Shown: piece by piece, positions 54,575-64,000 of the stretch
How the letters are laid out: the number at the start of each line of letters is the position of its first letter
Numbering within the stretch: position 1 is the first letter of the stretch
From: Desulfomonilia bacterium
Lineage (GTDB): Bacteria; Desulfobacterota; Desulfomonilia; UBA1062
Length of the DNA stretch: 64,000 bases
Direction of reading: 5' to 3'
Assembly (NCBI GenBank): GCA_963664325.2
Contig: CAXXDQ010000008.1
Location: 64,001 to 128,000, forward strand
Position numbers and translations under genes: made by a program
The notes under the pieces: generated by a model
What the model was told of the DNA's origin: nothing
Database searches by the model: none
The model's input: only the letters and a program-made list of their open reading frames with translations

Positions 54575-55143
54575 ATGAGAATCATTGCCCCTTCAATACT
54601 TTCCGCCGATTTCAGCCGCTTGGGCGAAGAACTGGCTGCCGTGGAAAAGGCCGGAGCGGATTGGATCCACATCGACATCATGGATGGACACTTTGTGCCC
54701 AATTTGACCATCGGTCCGGCGGTCATCGCATCGCTGCGCAAAATACCCGTCTGCCTTTTGATGTCCACCTCATGATCACCAGCCCGAACGCTTCATAGAC
54801 GCCTTTGCCGACGCCGGTGCCGATGTGATCACGGTTCATGTGGAGGCAGCCAGCCATCTGCACCGCACGATCAATCTCATCAAGAGCAAAAGGCATCAAG
54901 GCCGGGACTGTCGCTGAACCCGTCCACCCCGCTTTCGCAGGCGGAAGAGATCCTCGATGATCTGGACCTTCTCCTGATCATGACGGTCAATCCCGGCTTT
55001 GGCGGCCAAAAAATTCATTGCCTCGATGCTGCCCAAGATTCAAAAGGCGCGCCGGATGATTGACGCCGCTAATGCCAGCGTCATCCTGGAGGTGGACGGC
55101 GGGATTACCGTGGAAAATATAAAAACCGTCTCCGCTGCCGGCG
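54575..55143 (+). CDS. rpe: Ribulose-phosphate 3-epimerase, frameshifted and 3'-truncated
   Basis: [37 protein letters not shown]; lacks the terminal VAGS motif. Confidence 0.85.
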
Positions 55144-55277
55144 ACTCCCAGCTCATGAGCAAGCTGGCGCTCTGTAGGCAGCTTGGTGCCCGGCTTGGCA
55201 TGGTTGAAAAAGATCTTCAGGGAAAGGGCTCCCACCACCTGTCTGTAAGGCTGCTGATTCTTTGTGCGCGGGTTCAT
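55140..55277 (-). pseudogene. Truncated GntR/FadR-family regulator (N-terminal wHTH only)
   Basis: [18 protein letters not shown], then runs into the antisense of rpe. Confidence 0.65.
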
Positions 55278-55633
55278 CCCGCTTTACTGACAACTGATTG
55301 CTTACCTTTGCCATTGCATGCCCCTTTCCCTGCACTGCAGTCGCTGCGGATTTTGCCGTAATACGGTTGATGAATTTAACTATACATCATAATTATGGCC
55401 TTTTCCAAGCCAAAAATATACACAGGTATGATTAAAAACCATATAGCTACACGGCCGGCAGTTAATGTTAAACACGTAATCCGGCGGTAATAAATCTTTG
55501 ATGAAAATATGCTTGACTAATGGTTGATCAATTCTTTACCATTTATTTTCATAATACATTTTAATGACAAACGGCAATAAGAACGTAACGACAACATTCT
55601 CATCTCCATATTGCGATTCGAGAAGGGGGTTGA

Positions 55634-57096
55634 ATGCGGGACGTATATATCATCGGGGCGGACACCATCAAGTTCGGCAGATATATGGATAAAAGCATCA
55701 AGGACCTGGCCGCCATGACCGCAACAGGATGTCTCAGAGATGCCGGTCTTGAACAAGGATGCAATCCAGGCCATATGGTTCTCGAACGCCGGCTGGGGAG
55801 ATAAGGGCCAGACCACAATCCGGGGCCAGGTCGCCTTGAAACCCATGGGCATTGACGGCATTCCGATCACCAATGTTGATAATGCCTGTGCAGGCGGTTC
55901 AACCGCCCTGCATAATGCCTGGCTCGGAGTGGCTGGCGGCCTGTACGACATCACACATGGCCATCGGTGCGGAAAAGCTCTATCATTCCAATAAAATGGC
56001 CGTATTCATGGGATTTCTGGGCGGGATCGACGTCGAGAATATCATTCCGATCATCAAAGAACTCTCTGCCTTCAAGCTTACCGATGCTGAAAGGGCTGTA
56101 ATGGAAAACTTCAAGCAGTGTTATCAGGACCTGCCGTCCTCCGACGGTAAAAAGAACGTGAGGCATAAGGAATCGTCCTGGAAGAAATTTCGCGACCGTT
56201 TCACGGCAGCAATAATGCTGGGAGAACGTGTAGGCTATTGACACCCATTTGGCAGCTGGTCAAAATAAGCTCTGGGGACCATTCGCCCTTCATGGATGTC
56301 TACGGCTATGCCGCGCGCCACCATATGCAGCGATATGGCTCGACAGTGGAGCAGCTGGCCATGGTGGCCTCCAAGAATCATTTCAATTCAACGCTCAATC
56401 CCAATGCTCAGTACCCGGTTCGAGGTCCCGGTGGAAAAGGTCCTGGCTGACCGCATCGTGTCCTGGCCGCTGACCCGCGCCATGTGCGCACCCATAGGCG
56501 GACGGTTCCGCTTCGGCCATCCTTTGTTCGGGCGACATGGTTAGAAGGCTTGGTTTGTCCGGACAGGCGGTTAAAAATCAGGGCCTCTATTCTGGGTTCA
56601 GGCAAAAAAACTTCATTTGATTCGGCGGAACCAGAGATCGGAGAGCGCTTGGGGCAAACAGGCTTATGATCGCGCAGGCGCCGGTCCTGGAGATATCGAT
56701 GTGGCCGAGGTCCATGACGCGACGGCCTTTGGCGAGATCCTGCCAGGCCGAGAACCTGGGATTCTGCGCAAAAGGAGAGGGGGGTATCCTGACCGAACAG
56801 GGTGCAACAAGGCTGGACGGTTCCATTCCAATCAACACAAGCGGCGTCTAATCTCTCGCGGACATCCCATCGGCGCCTCCGGCCTGGGCGCAAGGTGCAT
56901 GAACTGGTCACGCAGCTTAGTGGAAACGCAGGGAAACGGCAGGTTAAAAATGCCAGGCTGGCCCTGGCTGGAAAACGGCGGCGGGGCTCTGGGTACAGAA
57001 GAGGCGGCCATGTGCATCCATATCCTCGAGGCCCCCATCCCTCTGAACTCTGTGCGGCTTCGGCCATATGCATGTTTTGTGGATACATGTTTTTGA
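55634..57096 (+). CDS. SCP-x-type thiolase, frameshifted
   Basis: [36 protein letters not shown]. Confidence 0.88.
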
Positions 57097-57183
57097 AAAT
57101 ACATTTTATATACAATAAGGGAACCCGCTGATACAAAGAGTTTGCGGTTGAATCGCAGCAGGAAAAATTGAAGGGAGGGTGGC

Positions 57184-57980
57184 TTGGGCAAGACAATAGA
57201 AAAATGATTCATCCTCATACAACACGGTTGTGCAGACATGTTCAGAAGAGGGACAGGGAAAGACAGGCGCTCTCTCTCCAGAAACTGGAGAGTGGACTTC
57301 AGTCGAAAAGACCATATATGAACGCCGCAGCGTACGCTGGTACAAAATCCGATCAGGTGCCCGAGCACCTTATCCGAAGAATACTTGAAGCAGGGCGCTT
57401 CGCACCTTCAGCCGGCAACTCGCAGCCCTGGAAATTCATAGTGATCAGGGATAAAGCCATACTGGAGGAGATGGAGCGTGATGTTCTGCGGACCTGCAAA
57501 ATCTTTCGCTTTTTCCTGGATTGGAGGAGGGCGGGCCTGATGGGCAAGGTAAACTGGTTCTACAGCCAGATTTTTATAAGGCTCCTGCCCAATGAACTTC
57601 ACCCCATACCGCTGGGGGCTATCTTCCTGATTGCGGAGGGCAAATTGAAACTGTTCCATGATGCGCCCACAGTGATCCTGATACTGAAAGACAGGCGCGG
57701 GGTCGGAAATCCCGATCTCGACTGCGGTATCTGCGGCCAGAACATGGTGCTCACCGCCAGCAGCCTGGGACTGTCAACATGCTGGGTCGGCCTGATTACC
57801 GCCCTCATGAAATCCTATGTCCGCTTCAAGTGGCTGAGGCGTCTGAACATTTCATATCCATATCAACTGGTCGAGGGTATCGCCGTAGGCTATGCCAGGG
57901 GCAATCCTAATAAGACTGTCGAGCGCGAGCTGCACGAAATTGCCTGGTATGAGAGCGGCGGGTGCACGATTACCTATTAG
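57184..57980 (+). CDS. Nitroreductase family protein, N-terminal frameshifts
   Basis: ERRSVR (alternative frame), APSAGNSQPW, GLSTCWVG; start approximate. Confidence 0.8.
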
Positions 57981-57989
57981 GAGGAAGGA

Positions 57990-58346
57990 ATGTCCAGGAT
58001 GAACATTATCGACCGTCTCGTCATACCCACATATGATAATGTTGCATATGCCCATACCGGCCGGGTTACTATCGACCCTGCAAGGTGCAACGGATGCGGA
58101 ATGTGTGTGACCATCTGTCCCGGCAAGGCCCTCTTTATCGCAGGGCATGGTAAAGAGAAGAAGGCCCGGATGGAGCCGGATTTTCCGCAGTGCATGTCCT
58201 GCAACGACTGCGCGGCCATGTGCGACCGCGGGGCCATCTCGGTCAGCATGACCTATGATTTCGGCTACAGGTTCAAGATACTGGACCGATGTGAAATGAA
58301 GCCGCCGCGCCAATTTACCAAGATAAGCCAGGGAGCGGAAAAATGA
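57990..58346 (+). CDS. 2x[4Fe-4S] ferredoxin-like protein
   Basis: CNGCGMCVTICP, CMSCNDCAAMC. Confidence 0.9.
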   Translation: MSRMNIIDRLVIPTYDNVAYAHTGRVTIDPARCNGCGMCVTICPGKALFIAGHGKEKKARMEPDFPQCMSCNDCAAMCDRGAISVSMTYDFGYRFKILDRCEMKPPRQFTKISQGAEK

Positions 58347-60061
58347 CTGAAAACAAATTGAAAGCCGGAATTCATACGGCAAAGCTCGGCTTCAGCATTG
58401 TCCGGTCAATCGGAGCATTCCTCGTTGATGAATGGCGCCGCGGCACCCTGCTGACGAACCTCAAGGGTCTCTCGTCGCGTGATATCAGGGAGGATATGTC
58501 ATGGGCCGAACTCCTTCAGGAACGCGCATGCATCGTGCCTGACAAACCCTTTCTCCTGTACAAGAAGGAGCGTTTCACCTATGCCGGGATGGATGCCAAC
58601 GCCAATCGCATGGCCAATTATCTTCTGAGCCGCGGCGGGGGCAGGGGACTTGGCGTCGGGATCTTCATGAAGAATTCGCCGCGCTTCCTTGACGTGTTCT
58701 TCGGCGCCCAGAAAATCGGAATGTATGTAGTGACGCTCAATCCCGAACTGAAAGGCGACGGGCTCAAATATGTCATAGAACACAGCGACATCAGCTTTCT
58801 TGTCCTGGATGCCGAACTCCTGGACGGATTTACACCGGTCTCCTCAGCCGTGAATCTGAGGGGCGTGATCGTCAACGATATCGAGGAGGAGAATCAGGGT
58901 TTCGGCCTGCCAACCGGTGCAATTAGGCTCTCACAGGCCTACGGTCCCGAAGTGTCGGCTGTTAAACCTGAGGTCCAATACGACAGGAACGATATGTGCC
59001 TGATCATGTACACATCCGGAACCTCGGGCCGGCGCAAAGGGGTCGTGTACCGCTATCGCAATACCGCGGTCAAGAAGCTCTGCATCATGGGCCGCATTCT
59101 CGTGTCATCCGATGATATCTGCTATACCCCGCTGTCCCTGATCCACGGCAATGCCCTGTTCCTGACAGTGACCACGGCCCTGGCGGCCAAGGCCACCGTG
59201 GCGCTGTCGCGCAAGTTCTCGGCCAGCAGGTTCTGGGATGAGGTTCGCGAATATAACGTCACGACCTTCAACACCCTGGGGTCCATGATACCGATCCTGA
59301 TGAAACAGCCGCCACGTCCTGACGACTCAGACAACAGGGTGCGTTTTGTGCTCTCCGCCGCCTGTCCGGCCGAGATGTGGGGTCCCTTCGAGAAGCGTTT
59401 CGGCGTCAAGATATATGAGGGATACGGCGCCGTGGACGGAGGAGGCAAAGGCATAATGAACTTCGGTACTGCACCTGTTGGGTCCCTGGGGAGGCCCATG
59501 CCCGGGATCGGGACTCTGCGCATTGTCGATGTTCAGGGACTTGATGTCCCGCCGGGCGTACCCGGAGAGCTTATCTTCAAGGTCAGCGGTTCAAGCGGCA
59601 AGGTGGAGTACTACAAGGACGCTGATGCCACCAATGAGAAGGTAAATAACGGATGGCTCTATACCGGCGATCTGGTGCGTGCAGACGCAAATGGCTACCT
59701 CTACTTCGTCGGCCGTAACACGGAATCCATGCGTCACGGCGGCGAAAATGTGAGCGCCTATGAGGTCGAGCATGCTATCATGGAGCACCCGGCAGTTGAG
59801 GATGTAGCTGTGTATGCCGTACCTTCGGGTCTGGCCGAGGACGATATTATGGCCTCGATTAAACTTGTAAATAGCGCATCTGTAGGACCTGAGGAACTTA
59901 TTGCCTTTATGCAGGACAAGCTCGAACGCTTCGCAGTCCCCCGATATATACGTTTTGTGGAAGAGTTCCCCATGACCAACACGCACCGCATCATTAAGAA
60001 AGAGCTCGAAGGTATAGGAGTTACACCAGATACATATGACGCCCGGAAGGACAGGGGGTGA
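58343..60061 (+). CDS. ATP-dependent acyl-CoA ligase (CaiC-like)
   Basis: YTSGTSG, KFSASRFW, YTGD, GENVSAYEVE. Confidence 0.9.
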   Translation: MTENKLKAGIHTAKLGFSIVRSIGAFLVDEWRRGTLLTNLKGLSSRDIREDMSWAELLQERACIVPDKPFLLYKKERFTYAGMDANANRMANYLLSRGGGRGLGVGIFMKNSPRFLDVFFGAQKIGMYVVTLNPELKGDGLKYVIEHSDISFLVLDAELLDGFTPVSSAVNLRGVIVNDIEEENQGFGLPTGAIRLSQAYGPEVSAVKPEVQYDRNDMCLIMYTSGTSGRRKGVVYRYRNTAVKKLCIMGRILVSSDDICYTPLSLIHGNALFLTVTTALAAKATVALSRKFSASRFWDEVREYNVTTFNTLGSMIPILMKQPPRPDDSDNRVRFVLSAACPAEMWGPFEKRFGVKIYEGYGAVDGGGKGIMNFGTAPVGSLGRPMPGIGTLRIVDVQGLDVPPGVPGELIFKVSGSSGKVEYYKDADATNEKVNNGWLYTGDLVRADANGYLYFVGRNTESMRHGGENVSAYEVEHAIMEHPAVEDVAVYAVPSGLAEDDIMASIKLVNSASVGPEELIAFMQDKLERFAVPRYIRFVEEFPMTNTHRIIKKELEGIGVTPDTYDARKDRG

Positions 60062-61110
60062 ATGCAGACTTTATGGAGTATAAATACTTAACCGCCAGAC
60101 AGGTTAACGCTACGCTCTGGGTAGAGATCAACAACCCGCCGGTTAATTTCCTGACCACGGACTTACTGGAGGAGCTTTACGGTCTTGTGAAAAAGGTCCG
60201 TAAGGATGCCTCAATCAGGGTCTTGATCCTCACCGGAGGCAGGGATGATTTCTACATCATGCATTTCTCAATACCAGAACTCCTATTGCTGACCATGCAC
60301 AACCGGAGGTTACTCCTGAACATACTTGTTGAATTCAGACTCACCAGGTTGCTTCTGAGCTATGCCATGACACTGATGAACTGGCTCATGGATTGTTCCC
60401 CCTGGTACGAAGATTTTGTCCTTAAACTTGCGAAACAGATAAGGGGCTATTCAACGAGCGTCTTCCTGTGGCTGCAGATGACAAGGTTCTACCATGCCGT
60501 GGAGCGCCTGAACAAGGTGACAATCGCAGCTATTAACGGCTCCTGCAACGGCGGAGGCACCGAGCTGTCTGCCTGCTTCGATTTCAGGTTCATGATAAAG
60601 GACCGGGACTACACCATCGGCCAGCCCGAATGTCTGGTGAGCATCGTACCCGGGGGCGGTGGCACCCAGCGGCTTCCGCGGCTCCTCGGCAGGGCCAAGG
60701 CCCTCGAAATGATGCTGAGGGGCCATCAACTGACTCCGGAAGTGGCCAAACAAATCGGTCTGATAACAGACATGTTCGATAAAGCGGAATTCTGCAGCAA
60801 GGTGCAGGAATTTGCTGATCTCATGAGCGTCAGGCCTCCCGTGGCCGTCGATGCGATAAAGCAATGCGTGCTCAGAGGCATGAACACAACACTGCGGCAC
60901 GGGCTCAGCATCGAACTGGCGCAGAGCGTACGCTGCCTCGATACCCGGGATACTGTCATGGCCCTGGCTGCCTACGCACAGTATATAAGTGAAAATATCG
61001 ACCCGATTGATTATCAAAACATTAAGAGCCAAGAGGTTAACGATATACTGCGCACGACCATCTATAATCTGGAACAGGCGCGAATATTCAAGGAGTTTGA
61101 AGGCAAGTGA
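60058..61110 (+). CDS. Enoyl-CoA hydratase/isomerase family protein
   Basis: NPPVN, AINGSCNGGGTEL, GQPE, PGGGGTQRLPRL. Confidence 0.88.
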   Translation: MNADFMEYKYLTARQVNATLWVEINNPPVNFLTTDLLEELYGLVKKVRKDASIRVLILTGGRDDFYIMHFSIPELLLLTMHNRRLLLNILVEFRLTRLLLSYAMTLMNWLMDCSPWYEDFVLKLAKQIRGYSTSVFLWLQMTRFYHAVERLNKVTIAAINGSCNGGGTELSACFDFRFMIKDRDYTIGQPECLVSIVPGGGGTQRLPRLLGRAKALEMMLRGHQLTPEVAKQIGLITDMFDKAEFCSKVQEFADLMSVRPPVAVDAIKQCVLRGMNTTLRHGLSIELAQSVRCLDTRDTVMALAAYAQYISENIDPIDYQNIKSQEVNDILRTTIYNLEQARIFKEFEGK

Positions 61111-61182
61111 GACCTGCATAATTCGGCAGGTATTATTCTGCATATGAATGCAGCGGGGTATGCTTACTGGAAGGGAGGAGTT

Positions 61183-62692
61183 ATGATTTTGCCAAGGGAA
61201 TCCCGATCTTTATTGAACCGCGAACCGTGTTTCGAGGACAGCTATTTGAGCCTGCAGTCCATGCCGCGACTGCCCAGAGGCATGCTGAAAGAAACAAAAG
61301 CCGCCCTTGTCCTTGCCAGGAAATTCAGTAATGAAGTTATCAGGCCCCTGGCTTTGGAGGCGGACCGCCAGACGTACGCTGACCCTGAGTACCTTCCCTG
61401 GGACCTGGTGAAAAAAGCCAATGAATGGGGATTCTACACCATGTTCATCCCGAGGCTCTTCGGTGGACAGGGGTACAATATGCCTTCATCTGCCTATGTG
61501 GTTGAGGAGCTTTCTTCGGCCTGTGTCGGTATCGCCAATGTGGCCTTCGTACACTACCTGGGCGTGGCCGGGATTCTGGCCTCCTGGAATTTTTCCCTGG
61601 CCAACAGGATATTCAGAGAGGTGGCTGAAGGGCAGAAGACCGGCAGGCCCTGTATAATCTCACTCGCCATCACCGAGCCGGGCGCAGGGACTGATGTGGA
61701 GGAGAACGAGCTGATCGACCGGGCGCGCCTGAATTGCCATGCCCAGAAGGTCAAGGGCGGATACATCGTCAACGGCAATAAGATCTTTATTTCCATGGGG
61801 CATGTTTCGACCTGGTGCTGTCTCGTAGCCTATACCGATCTGAAAAAACCATCGGAAAACACCATTGCCTTTGCTGTCAAGACCGGGATCAAGGGCTTTT
61901 CCTTCGGCAAGCACGAGGACAAGATGGGCCAGCGGGTCTGTCCCGCCAGTGAGCTGGTCTTTGAGGACTGCTTTATCCCGGATGAATTCGTACTGAGCTG
62001 TTCCAAGGATATTGAGGCTTCAGGGATGCGAACGTTGCGGGAGGTGGTGGAACAGTACATCCAGTACGTGGTTGAGGTGACCAGACCGGCGGTAGGTGCT
62101 TTCGGCACGGGTGTAGCTAGAGGGGCCTATGAAACGGCACTGAAGTTTGCCAGAGAAACCGAGGTGGACGGCAGGCTGCTAATCAATCATGAATGGGCCC
62201 AGGCCATGCTGGCCGAGATGTATAAAAATGTCGCAGTCGGCCGGCTCGGTTATGCCGAGGCCAACTATGCCAACTCTCTTGCGGGGGGGGATCTACAACA
62301 TTCTGCAGTTGAAACCTGTCTATTATTATCTGAAATATGTACCGCAGGCCATTCTTGACCGCTTGATAAGCCCGCTCTTAGGCTTGAAAATAATGCCGTG
62401 GATCATTCGCAAGCTCTTCGTGGACGGACAATCCATTAAAGAGCAGAGGCGCTGCACCGGGTGGGCTTCCCTGGCCAAGATAGTGGGGACGGATATGGGC
62501 GTTAAAAACAGCCAGATGGCCCTGGAGCTAATGGGCCAGGCCGGCCTGCGGCATGATCGCGGGGCCGAGAAAATCCTGCGGGATTCCAAACTGCTGCAGA
62601 TTTATGAGGGTTCCAATCAATTGAACCGTATCAATCTCTTTGCCAACCTCATCGGCTGTTCATATCCAGAGGTCAGGGTGTTTGAAGAATAA
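61183..62692 (+). CDS. Acyl-CoA dehydrogenase, frameshift in the G-run at ~62283-62290
   Basis: AITEPGAGTD, NGNKIFIS, KMGQR, RDSKLLQIYEGSNQ. Confidence 0.9.
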
Positions 62693-62707
62693 ACGGGAGA
62701 AGGAAAT

Positions 62708-63833
62708 ATGTTAACGAGCATAAAATGTGAACTCAAATCGTTTGAGGACCTTGCGCACAGCTTTGCCGTCAAGGAACTCTCAGCCAACCGCGACGCCAAC
62801 GACCGCTACCCTTTCGGGCCGTTCTTTGAGACGGTATTGACCAAGGCCCATGAGGTTGGGATTCTTGGTGCAACACTCCCGGAAAGGTGCGGCGGCATCG
62901 GCCAGGACATGAGCGCCCTTTGTGTTATTCTTAAGCATATCTGCGAGGTGGATGCCAGCCCGGGAGGCATCATCTTCACAAATGCCCTGGCGCAGGAAAT
63001 CATGCTTGCAGCCGGGTCTCATGATATCCTTTCCGGCATCATGACTCAGGCAGCAGATGCCCGGTCGGCCCTGATCGCCTTCCCGGCCTTCTGTAATCCC
63101 TCGGAGACCCGGGGCACTATCGAGGCCGTTAAGTATGATGATTCTTATGTCCTCAATGGAATCCTTGAATATGTCGTCCTTGGTTCTCTGGCAGGTCATG
63201 CCCTGGTGCCGGCGCGCATTACAGGCCGGGAGGGATATTCATTCTTTCTTCTTGACCTTGCGGATGCGGGGCTTTCCGTCAGTGCCCCCATACTCAGCCT
63301 GGGCCTGCTTGCCTGCCCGGCCGTGGACATGAACATTACACGAGTCAAAGGCACGTGCATAGGCAGGGGAAGGCGGGGGCGCCGGGTATTTTGAGCTCGC
63401 TTCCGACCGCATGCACGCAGCCGCCGCTGCCATTGAGTGCGGGATCATGAAGGGTTCCTTTAAGGAAGCCCTGGCTTACAGCAGGGAACGATTCCAGGGC
63501 GGCCGGGAGATCATCAACTGGTCGAGCCTGCGCATGCTGCTTGCCGATATGGCCGTACAGGTCATGATTGCGGAGATGGTTGTGTCTGAAGCCGCCCTGG
63601 CCGTAGAACAGCAGGAACTTATGTGGGCGATATCTTCCAGGGCCGCGGCGCTGCATCTTGCAGAGCTCGCCTGCAAGCTGACAACCGACGGCATACAGGT
63701 CCTGGGCGGAAACGGCTACATGAAGGACTATGGCCAGGAGAAGCGCTTCAGGGACGCCAAACAGGCACAATCCTTCCTTGGACTGGCGCCCATGCGCAAG
63801 CTCGGGCTGGTGAGCACAATCGTCAAAGAATAA
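62708..63833 (+). CDS. Acyl-CoA dehydrogenase (second subunit-like), frameshift near 63365
   Basis: RFQGG, IQVLGGNGYMKDYGQEKRFRDA. Confidence 0.88.
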
Positions 63834-63848
63834 AAAGGAGCACAGCCT

Positions 63849-64000
63849 ATGCGCAATGCAGTCATAACAGGAGCCGCTTCGGGACTTGGACGTGAACTGG
63901 CGATAGGCCTGGCCAGGCGCGGCTGGAAAATACTCGTCGCAGATGTCAACCATGCTGGCATGGAGCAAACCCTGGCCTTGGTACGCCGGGCAGGAGGAGA
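63849..64000 (+). CDS. SDR family oxidoreductase, 3' partial
   Basis: MRNAVITGAASGLG. Confidence 0.8.
   Translation, partial: MRNAVITGAASGLGRELAIGLARRGWKILVADVNHAGMEQTLALVRRAGG

Overview
Bacterial DNA, most likely from an anaerobic Deltaproteobacterium/Desulfobacterota of the Syntrophales type. This is inferred from EtfAB plus a DUF224 Fe-S oxidoreductase, Acs, POR subunits and many CoA-dependent enzymes. Many genes are split by single-base indels, mostly in homopolymers, which look like long-read consensus errors rather than real pseudogenes. Order: a Liv-type ABC/AbfD-like/CoA-transferase operon; IclR-TRAP-kduI-kduD; a ~14 kb mosaic accessory region (11.3-25.4 kb); an sxtI/L/K/J-like carbamoyltransferase cluster with glycosyltransferases; fadD, DUF224-etfAB, acs, a porin, hflX, TMTC-like TPR proteins, porCDAB, waaA and a truncated rpe; then a beta-oxidation-like cluster. 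The accessory region is the most notable part. A Y1/HUH (RAYT-like) transposase has 24-bp terminal inverted repeats, and GGGGTC-type end copies of two related families delimit co-oriented cargo modules. These are a toxin-antitoxin pair, an FGE-sulfatase protein, a kinase-containing lasso peptide cluster lacking the B2 peptidase, a TolB-like lipoprotein and DUF3467, with micro-duplications at several junctions. This suggests a transposase-built gene-cassette array, which remains an inference.
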